This document shows, piece by piece, positions 1 through 6,825 of a stretch of 11,983 bases of DNA (the first letter of the stretch is position 1; each line of letters begins with the position of its first letter). The notes under the pieces are model-generated. The model was given only the letters and a program-made list of their open reading frames with translations, ran no database searches and had not been told where the DNA came from. A program made the position numbers and the translations under genes. The stretch comes from Promethearchaeota archaeon (GTDB lineage Archaea > Asgardarchaeota > Lokiarchaeia > Sigyniarchaeales > SOKP01): positions 10,921 through 22,903 of the forward strand of contig JBHLMP010000055.1 in the NCBI GenBank assembly GCA_048938025.1, given 5' to 3'.

Positions 1-1
1 C

Positions 2-3000
2 AAATTTGGAATGAGAGCGATCTATCCACTTGATTTACCAATTACAAATCAGACATATGTTGCTTTAGAATTCGATTTGAAAGGAGAAAAGTCAACTGTT
101 AATGGATTTTATGCTTGGATTCGTACATTAGATATTCAAAAGGCAAATAATGCTGAATTAAACATAACTCTTTATAAAGCAAATGCAACTTTAATTCGCG
201 TTGGGGATAATCTACAAAAGGTAAATATACAACCAGATATGAATATAACCTCATTAATCGATTCCTTTGTAATTAGCTATAGTGGGGACAACTTATCTTA
301 TTTCTCATTTAATACGGATAATACTAAGGATTTGGAATTATACAATTACTTCATAGTTATTAAATCTAACATTTCTGATCCGAACCTTTATAGTTTAGTC
401 ACCCTTCCATGGATTAATTTCGGAGATGATATAACGGAACACCAACTAAAAACTACAGAAAATGATGGTTCTACTTGGGTAAATGCTAAAAAAGAAATAT
501 TACCAGGGCCCCCTCCTATTTTAACTTCTCAATTAGATGCAAGTTCTTTTAAACTAAATGTTACTAGAGGATATATGCCATCGGATTTTGGAGAAGATGG
601 TTTAAAAATCCAAGATTATTTTGTTGAAAATGTTGTAAATAAATCTAGAACGCCTTATTTAGAATGGGGTATAGGCCGATGGAACAATACATTTTCACCA
701 CCGATTGATGATAATATCGATCGATTCCAAGTTGATCTCTCATGGAATAAATCTATTATTGAGGGCTTCAAATTTAATGTTTCCTATTCTGTAAATGCAT
801 ATTGGAATGAAGGTGCTACGTCTACTTATTATGCCAGTTATAGTGAAGCTCCAAAATGGACTTTTGATTTTAATTTTATTATAGGTAGTCCAAATTTTAA
901 TAATTGGAAATTTAACGAGTTTTGGTTCGTTTATAATGATTATTTCACTGCGAATAACTTAACTAAACCTGGTGATATAGAAATATTGCCTGAAGTTGGA
1001 GGAGAATCTGAGTTAACCGATATGCAAAAGAAGATTGTTGTAAACGCGACTGTTGCTAATATTGGAGGGACTTATTCCTTGAATTTAACAAGTTTCAATT
1101 TTATTTCCGAAATGCACAGTTATCTTAACTATAAAGGAATTTTCTGGGAATCAAATGGTTTTATGTATGGAGATGATATTACTGTAAGTGTTGATGTACA
1201 AGATAATCATCACTATGCCCCCAATCCCACAACTGGATATGCAAATGTAACTTTCTATGATCCAAATGGAGTCCCAATTGCTCAAAAAGAATCATTGAAT
1301 GGTGTAATTCATGATTCTGTACTTTCATATGATTTTAACAATGAAACTATCTTTTCTGTAGATACGAGTATTTCTGAGTTAGGAGAATATCAATTAGGAT
1401 ATTTTTGGGAAAATGGTTCTGCTGTTGGCTGTAATAAAATTACTATTTACATCGATTATTATGATCTTACATTAGATAGTTGTAAATATTCACCAACTAC
1501 GAAAAAAAATGAGCTTAGAGGGAGTATAAATAATATGGTATTTGATAACTATACTTTGTTAATTGCATCTATAAATGAAACAACAGGTCTTTCACAACCT
1601 GGTTTTTATCCTATTAATAATTCTGATTTGGATGAGCAGATTATTTATGAGATTGGAGGTAATGAATTACCTATTTTAATTGAAACTTTCATGCAAAGTC
1701 AAGATATATTAAACCCAGACGAAGTGGTTAATATTAAAACAAAAATCTCTAATATGCATGAATTTATCCCCATTGATATATCTGTTAAAGTCAGTCTTGT
1801 ATCTTATATTAATGAAGAATGGATTATCGCGCAAGCAACTTCAAGTACAGTTACCCTAAATTTTTCAGGGCATCCAGATGATTCGTATGAATTTGATATT
1901 GATTTGACAATACCATCATTGAATAATGTTACAAAAGTGTGGGAAGGTGTAAATGCTCCAGTTAGATTGGGGGGCGCTAAAACATTGGTAACTATCTATG
2001 TTGGAAATGATATTGCAGGAGTATTTGAAAGTAGCTATTATTCACTACTTAGTAATGAAACAAGCAATAATTTTGATGGAAATATAATAGCTTTAAGAAT
2101 TGCTGAAGAAACTCCAGCCCCGTACATTTTAAATGGTTTTGAGAGAGATGAATGCTTATATCTACCAGATAAAACATCCTTTTTAGTTAATATAATAGAT
2201 AGAAATTATGTAAGCTCATATAATCAATTTTATTATCAGTTTTCCCTAAATCTTAACAGTAAATTTAACAATATTAGTATAGATCCTGAAAATCCTATTA
2301 ATGGACAAGTTTTTAATCTCAGCTCTGTTTTAACTACAGAATTTGGCGAGATATTGGCAAGTGAAAATGTATCTTGCTACCACTATGAATCTGATTCTTG
2401 GGTTTATCTTGACTCAGATTTTACAGATACTAATGGTTCCACAACATTTTCAATTGATACTAAGACCCTCATTTTCGAAGATGAAATATTATTAAGATTA
2501 AGTTGGGACGGTGATTCATTAATAAATGGGGTATCTAAAAATGTAACAATAAATTTATTTATCCAATCCAATAATCTTTCAATATCAATTCACCAAAATG
2601 ATGTTATTATCTATAAGAATAGCGCTACAACAATATCTATTACTTTGAATAATATCGGAGAATCTATTTTGCGAATTTTGGAGATCAATATTCAGGTCAA
2701 TGATGGGTTGCAATATTCAATTGTAGAAATAGATTATACAACACTAAATCGGTTTACACCTGGAGAATCTTCTCTTGTTATAATTAAGATAAGAGTACCT
2801 GAAATTAAAAAATTAAATCTTTCAATTTCCATTACTGCTCAAAATATCATAACAAATGAAAATGTTACAGTTAGCAAACAAACGACTTATGATGTATTTA
2901 ATCCTCCCTTCTATGATTACTTTATGGATTATCTACTTTTTCTAATAATAGGTTCATTTGGATTGATTTGGATCATAACTTTACTTTATGCGAAGAGAAT

Positions 3001-3247
3001 TAAAAAGAAAATTGAAACCCCACTTGAAGAAGTAGTCAAAAAGGAACCAAAAAAACCGAAATATGTATTAGTATCTGAGTTGAAAAAAGAACCTACAAAA
3101 AAACCTAAAAAACTTACTCTCATACCTAAAAAAATTCCTGAAGAAATAGAAGAACCTAAGGAAGTTAAAAAGAAAGAAGCTACTGATTTAGATTCTTTAT
3201 TAGAAGAAAAGGGGCTAAGTGACAAAAAGAAAAAAGCTAAAAAATAA
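2..3247 (+). CDS. Large type-I membrane-anchored surface glycoprotein with Ig-like/CARDB-like beta domains (5'-truncated)
   Basis: The frame is open to the window edge (AAA TTT GGA before ATG at 11) and there is no signal peptide after that Met, so the true start is probably upstream. About 30 N-x-S/T sequons counted by eye. Beta-rich, with Ig-like motifs (TDTNGSTTF; ITLNNIG...TPGES..VIIKI). One hydrophobic helix YLLFLIIGSFGLIWIITLLYA (2930-2992), then an 84-aa K/E/P-rich tail. Confidence 0.85.
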   Translation, partial: KFGMRAIYPLDLPITNQTYVALEFDLKGEKSTVNGFYAWIRTLDIQKANNAELNITLYKANATLIRVGDNLQKVNIQPDMNITSLIDSFVISYSGDNLSYFSFNTDNTKDLELYNYFIVIKSNISDPNLYSLVTLPWINFGDDITEHQLKTTENDGSTWVNAKKEILPGPPPILTSQLDASSFKLNVTRGYMPSDFGEDGLKIQDYFVENVVNKSRTPYLEWGIGRWNNTFSPPIDDNIDRFQVDLSWNKSIIEGFKFNVSYSVNAYWNEGATSTYYASYSEAPKWTFDFNFIIGSPNFNNWKFNEFWFVYNDYFTANNLTKPGDIEILPEVGGESELTDMQKKIVVNATVANIGGTYSLNLTSFNFISEMHSYLNYKGIFWESNGFMYGDDITVSVDVQDNHHYAPNPTTGYANVTFYDPNGVPIAQKESLNGVIHDSVLSYDFNNETIFSVDTSISELGEYQLGYFWENGSAVGCNKITIYIDYYDLTLDSCKYSPTTKKNELRGSINNMVFDNYTLLIASINETTGLSQPGFYPINNSDLDEQIIYEIGGNELPILIETFMQSQDILNPDEVVNIKTKISNMHEFIPIDISVKVSLVSYINEEWIIAQATSSTVTLNFSGHPDDSYEFDIDLTIPSLNNVTKVWEGVNAPVRLGGAKTLVTIYVGNDIAGVFESSYYSLLSNETSNNFDGNIIALRIAEETPAPYILNGFERDECLYLPDKTSFLVNIIDRNYVSSYNQFYYQFSLNLNSKFNNISIDPENPINGQVFNLSSVLTTEFGEILASENVSCYHYESDSWVYLDSDFTDTNGSTTFSIDTKTLIFEDEILLRLSWDGDSLINGVSKNVTINLFIQSNNLSISIHQNDVIIYKNSATTISITLNNIGESILRILEINIQVNDGLQYSIVEIDYTTLNRFTPGESSLVIIKIRVPEIKKLNLSISITAQNIITNENVTVSKQTTYDVFNPPFYDYFMDYLLFLIIGSFGLIWIITLLYAKRIKKKIETPLEEVVKKEPKKPKYVLVSELKKEPTKKPKKLTLIPKKIPEEIEEPKEVKKKEATDLDSLLEEKGLSDKKKKAKK
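3038..3124 (+). repeat. Duplicated peptide motif in the cytoplasmic tail (KKEP-KKPK-YVLV / KKEPTKKPKK-LTLI)
   Basis: Two imperfect copies start at 3038 and 3083, each followed by a hydrophobic tetrapeptide. Confidence 0.55.
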
Positions 3248-3292
3248 TTCTTTTTCGACCTAAATTACTATTTTTTAATAAGAAAAATAAAA
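3248..3292. terminator. Putative bidirectional U-rich terminator region between convergent genes
   Basis: TTCTTTTTC follows the + strand stop and TTTTTT lies further on. On the - strand, TTTTATTTTTCTT follows the roadblock A stop. Archaeal intrinsic terminators are oligo-U tracts. Confidence 0.4.
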
Positions 3293-3646
3293 TTATAAGT
3301 TAGAAATTGAAATCAAATTACGTTTAAGTAGACCTAATGAGGCTTTACCATCAAGACCTGCTAGAGCAATTAATACATGTTTATCTGAACCACCCACTAA
3401 AACAGCAAATCCATTCTCAAGCTCGATAGTTGTAGTTTTTAAAGCGCCTTTTCCAATGTCGTTTCCTAGATTATTAGAATCATTGATAATTGCGGTACAC
3501 GCTTTTGCAATTTTCCCATGATCCATTTCAGTTATGGTTTGACCAACTAATACTTTCCCTTGTGAATCAGCAGCAATCAAACCTTCACACTCAGGAACTA
3601 TATCCATTAATTCTGCTAATTTTTTTTCAAGTTCTTTTTTATTCAT
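3293..3646 (-). CDS. Roadblock/LC7 domain protein A (MglB/LAMTOR2-like)
   Basis: Roadblock pattern: N-helix (ELEKKLAELMD), EGLIAADSQGKVL hairpin, long helix, TIELENGFAVLV..HVLIALA strands, C-helix (LGLLKRNL). The second ATG (3646) is preferred; the ORF track start at 3661 is possible. Confidence 0.85.
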   Translation of the reverse strand: MNKKELEKKLAELMDIVPECEGLIAADSQGKVLVGQTITEMDHGKIAKACTAIINDSNNLGNDIGKGALKTTTIELENGFAVLVGGSDKHVLIALAGLDGKASLGLLKRNLISISNL

Positions 3647-3806
3647 AAAAATACTGCTCATTTAAAATAATTTTTATCGTCTTGAATTCTGATATAATTT
3701 ACTATGATTGGTTAAGATATTATCTTAAATATATATATAATTTAAAGAAATTTAAACTTATCAAATATATAAAAAAGGAAAATTGAAAAAATACTCATTT
3801 AATGGT

Positions 3807-4091
3807 TTATTTTAAAATTATTAAAATTAGGTTCTCCTCTAACGCCACCATAGTTTCACCTTTAGAAGTCTCTAATCGTATGAATTTCAATGACCCCTCT
3901 TTTAATGCATCAACAACCTGCTTCCCTTTCCCGATGAGTGATGTAACATAAGCAGCTACTTCTTCACTTAAATCAATCTCCATATTCGAATCTATCGGCA
4001 AACCCGATGAATCACAAATGATAACTCCACGAATTCCCTCCCTTTCTTCAAAGCGTCGGATGATTGCCTTTACTTCCGCTCTATTTATGAT
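3807..4091 (-). CDS. Roadblock/LC7 domain protein B, dynein light chain roadblock-like (about 94 aa)
   Basis: The frame of the 64-aa track ORF stays open upstream of 4001 to TGA at 4100-4098, adding INRAEVKAIIRRFEEREGIRGVIICDSSG (helix 1 and strand 1 of the fold). There is no ATG/GTG/TTG in this extension. ATC (4091) or ATA (4088) follows an SD-like AAGGTGTGA. Confidence 0.85.
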   Translation of the reverse strand: MINRAEVKAIIRRFEEREGIRGVIICDSSGLPIDSNMEIDLSEEVAAYVTSLIGKGKQVVDALKEGSLKFIRLETSKGETMVALEENLILIILK

Positions 4092-4097
4092 AGTTAA

Positions 4098-4106
4098 TCA
4101 CACCTT
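4098..4106 (-). promoter_or_regulatory. Shine-Dalgarno-like site AAGGTGTGA for roadblock B
   Basis: Partial match to archaeal GGAGGTGA, ending 6 nt before ATC 4091. Confidence 0.55.
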
Positions 4107-4215
4107 TTAGAAAATTATAATCTAATTTTTAATATTATAATAGATTTAATATTTTTAAAAATTTATATTAAAGATATTCTTTCTTGAATAAAACTTAATA
4201 TTTTTATAAATTAAA

Positions 4216-4659
4216 ATGGAAAATATTGAAGCTATATATATAATTAATGGGGAAAATCAACTTATCTTTTCTTATGAAAGTCTTAATGAACGATCTGATA
4301 ACTTTGATTATTCGAATATCTCTCAATTTTTTTCTGTAATTAAAACTTTTGTTTTAAAGATTGGAGAGAAAGAGGCTAAAATTATTGAACTTGGAAATAG
4401 TAAAATATTCAAAACTTTAGATTATGATTATAATATTGAAGTTATTTTAAAATGTGACAAGAATGTAAAAGAAAAAAAAGCTTCAATCAATTTAACAAAA
4501 ATTCTAAATTTATTTATTAATTCATTTATTGGATATTTTAATTCTTCTATACAAATAAAAAAAGAAAGAATGGATTTTTTCATAACAGAATTATCTTTTA
4601 TGTTAGGTGAAAGTAGAAAGACTAATTACTTTTTAGAAAATATTAAAATTTTTACTTAA
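4216..4659 (+). CDS. Longin-like domain protein (stand-alone, Asgard type)
   Basis: N-terminal IEAIYIINGENQLIFSY resembles the first hairpin of longin/adaptin sigma-mu domains. It is followed by a helix (ISQFFSVIKTFV), the strands KIIELGNSKIF and IEVILKCD, and two C-terminal helices. Confidence 0.65.
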   Translation: MENIEAIYIINGENQLIFSYESLNERSDNFDYSNISQFFSVIKTFVLKIGEKEAKIIELGNSKIFKTLDYDYNIEVILKCDKNVKEKKASINLTKILNLFINSFIGYFNSSIQIKKERMDFFITELSFMLGESRKTNYFLENIKIFT

Positions 4660-4672
4660 ACAGAACTTAGGT

Positions 4673-5305
4673 TTATAAAAAGAATTGTTTAAAAAAATTA
4701 CTTGCTCTTTCTTCTCCTAGTGTAGATAAACCCATATGACCTGGACACAAAAGAAAATTATCTGTAAGTTCTGGATTATACATAATTTTATGTTTAATTG
4801 ATTCAAATAAAAGATTTTGACTTCCGCCACGAAGATCTGACCGCCCTACACTCCTTCTAAAAATTAGATCTCCTGAAAATAGTATTCCATCAATGGTTCG
4901 ACCATTAAATTCTTTAACATCTTTTGAATAGAAACATAACCCCCCAGGTGAATGTCCTGGAGTCTCCAATACATTAATTAAAATGTCACCTACTTTTAGA
5001 GTATCTCCTTCTTTTAACCACTTATTTGCTTCTTTATGAGTGTATATTCCAGATTCATATTCTTTCTTGTTGTACATTAGTGGAATTTTATAATATCTTA
5101 AAACTTTACCTAATCTCATTGAATGATCAAAGTGTCCGTGTGTTAACAAGACAGATATAGGTTTTGCATTCAAATTCTCTATTGTATTAATTATTGTGGT
5201 TGCATCGTCACCAGGATCAATGATTATAATTTCTCTTGTAATATCTGAACCAAAAATATAGCAATTTGTTCCAAGTGCACCAACAACAAGCCTTTTAAAT
5301 ATCAA
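4673..5305 (-). CDS. MBL-fold metallo-hydrolase, glyoxalase II/YcbL-like
   Basis: Complete metal motifs: TNCY, IIDPG, THGHFDH, TPGHSPG, FSGD, PGH. TTG start preceded by AAGGA. Confidence 0.92.
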   Translation of the reverse strand: MIFKRLVVGALGTNCYIFGSDITREIIIIDPGDDATTIINTIENLNAKPISVLLTHGHFDHSMRLGKVLRYYKIPLMYNKKEYESGIYTHKEANKWLKEGDTLKVGDILINVLETPGHSPGGLCFYSKDVKEFNGRTIDGILFSGDLIFRRSVGRSDLRGGSQNLLFESIKHKIMYNPELTDNFLLCPGHMGLSTLGEERASNFFKQFFL

Positions 5306-5409
5306 TCTCTATATATCCTTTAACCTGAGAATTTATTTTTTGAATTGAAAAGAAAAAATGAAAAAGTTTTTAATTTAATTATTGGTAATTACCAGTTTTA
5401 AGATTTTCA

Positions 5410-5697
5410 CTAGTTGCTTTTAATCAAATCACTGATTTCATGTAATTTTTCATAAACTTCTAAGCCTTTCTCTGTAAGTTTTATGTATTTTACTTTATTA
5501 TTCTGTTCAATTTCAATAAGACCTTTATTAAGTAGGTCATCTTTCACTCTAAAGAATGAATTATAGTACGAGAATTTGTTCAGCTCATTATAAAATGTGT
5601 GTTTATCTACTTTATAGTCTTTGGATTGCATTAGGACTTGGAAAGTGTCCCTGAAACCTTTCTTTTTAAGGAAAAAAATCAAATCTTGAAAAGTCAA
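5410..5697 (-). CDS. Small winged-helix DNA-binding protein (putative transcription regulator)
   Basis: C-terminal wHTH signature LLNKGLIE....KYIKLTEKG followed by a helix. TTG start preceded by AGGT. Confidence 0.75.
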   Translation of the reverse strand: MTFQDLIFFLKKKGFRDTFQVLMQSKDYKVDKHTFYNELNKFSYYNSFFRVKDDLLNKGLIEIEQNNKVKYIKLTEKGLEVYEKLHEISDLIKSN

Positions 5698-5919
5698 TTC
5701 TTCTATACCTAATTAAATAATTAAATTTATACTAAATTGTAATTAGAAAAAATTATGAATATTAAAAAAGCTTTTGATTATTTTAAAAAAATGTTATCAA
5801 TAAAATCCTTGAATTACAAAATTTATTAAAATGGTTTTAAAAATATCTTTCACTGAATTTAATTAAGTAATTAAAAATTTCACGAATTTCATAAAATCTA
5901 AAGTAATTGAAAGAAAAAC

Positions 5920-6816
5920 ATGGAAATAAAGTCAAATTACTTTGACATTGTTATATTAGGACATATAGCTAAAGATATTGTTGAAATAGACGGAATTAGC
6001 CAAAATTCACTCGGGGGTGCAGTCTATTATGGTGGAATTGCTGGTAGCCATATGGGACTTAAAATTTCTGTTATCACACGATTAAAAAAAGGAGATTTCT
6101 CAATCTTAGAGATTTTTAAAAAAAACGGAATTAAATATTTTGCTTATCCATCTGAACAAACTTCTGGTCTGAAAAATATATATTCCTCACATAATATGGA
6201 ATTTAGATATTATCAACCACTTGGCTTTGCAGGATTATTTAAAAAAGAAGAAATACCAACTATTAATACAAAATATTTCGTAATAGGATCCATAGTTTCA
6301 GGGGAAGTCAATGTACAATTATTGAAATTTATTCATGAAAAATATCCGGATAAAATATGCTTAGATATTCAAGGATTTATCAGAGTTAGAGAAAATAATA
6401 AAGTATTTTATAAAAACATATCACAAGATAAAAAAGAGTTAATTCTATCTAAAGTAAAAATTTTAAAATTGGATCAGACTGAGGTTTTAATTCTTACTAA
6501 TCAAAAAGATATTACTAAAGCTTCGAAAGAGTTAATCAATTTAGGTCCGGAAGAGATTCTGATTACACATGAAAGGGGGATTACCATTAATGCTTCAAAT
6601 AACATATACTTTTTTCCTTGGAAAAATAAACGTACCTTAGGGAGAACTGGGCGAGGCGATACTGCTTTCATTAGTTATATCGGTTCCAGAATATCAAAAA
6701 GTCCAGAAGAAGCTCTAAAATTTTCAGCAGCTTTAACTTCACTTAAATTAGAAAGTTATGGTCCCTTTTCTTTACCATTATTTCAAGTTTATGATTTAAT
6801 TGAAAAAGAATATTAG
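5920..6816 (+). CDS. PfkB/ribokinase-family carbohydrate kinase
   Basis: LGHIAKD, LGGAVYYGGIA, LDIQG, LKLDQTE, ILITHERG and C-terminal GRTGRGDT (variant of DTTGAGD, catalytic Asp retained). Confidence 0.9.
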   Translation: MEIKSNYFDIVILGHIAKDIVEIDGISQNSLGGAVYYGGIAGSHMGLKISVITRLKKGDFSILEIFKKNGIKYFAYPSEQTSGLKNIYSSHNMEFRYYQPLGFAGLFKKEEIPTINTKYFVIGSIVSGEVNVQLLKFIHEKYPDKICLDIQGFIRVRENNKVFYKNISQDKKELILSKVKILKLDQTEVLILTNQKDITKASKELINLGPEEILITHERGITINASNNIYFFPWKNKRTLGRTGRGDTAFISYIGSRISKSPEEALKFSAALTSLKLESYGPFSLPLFQVYDLIEKEY

Positions 6817-6819
6817 GAG
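6815..6819 (+). promoter_or_regulatory. Shine-Dalgarno AGGAG overlapping the pfkB stop (operon coupling)
   Basis: TAG GAG TTTTTT ATG, with a 9-nt intergenic gap. Confidence 0.65.
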
Positions 6820-6825
6820 TTTTTT

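Noticed and set aside
2986-3225. 79-aa minus-strand ORF
   Set aside because: Antisense shadow of the Lys/Glu-rich tail. Its F/S/L composition is the reverse complement of AAA/GAA codons.
3224-3247. C-terminal KKKKAKK as a COPI dilysine signal
   Set aside because: Position -3 is Ala, so it matches neither KKxx nor KxKxx. Lys-rich ends are common in AT-rich genomes.
4098-4103. GTG start with TGA read as selenocysteine for roadblock B
   Set aside because: Sec at residue 2 of a non-redox fold is implausible, and I saw no SECIS-like element after the gene. The sequence is better explained as the SD.
4145-4172. Inverted repeat TTTAATAT...ATATTAAA in the divergent roadblock/longin promoter
   Set aside because: It is all A/T in an extremely AT-rich spacer and cannot be told from chance by eye.
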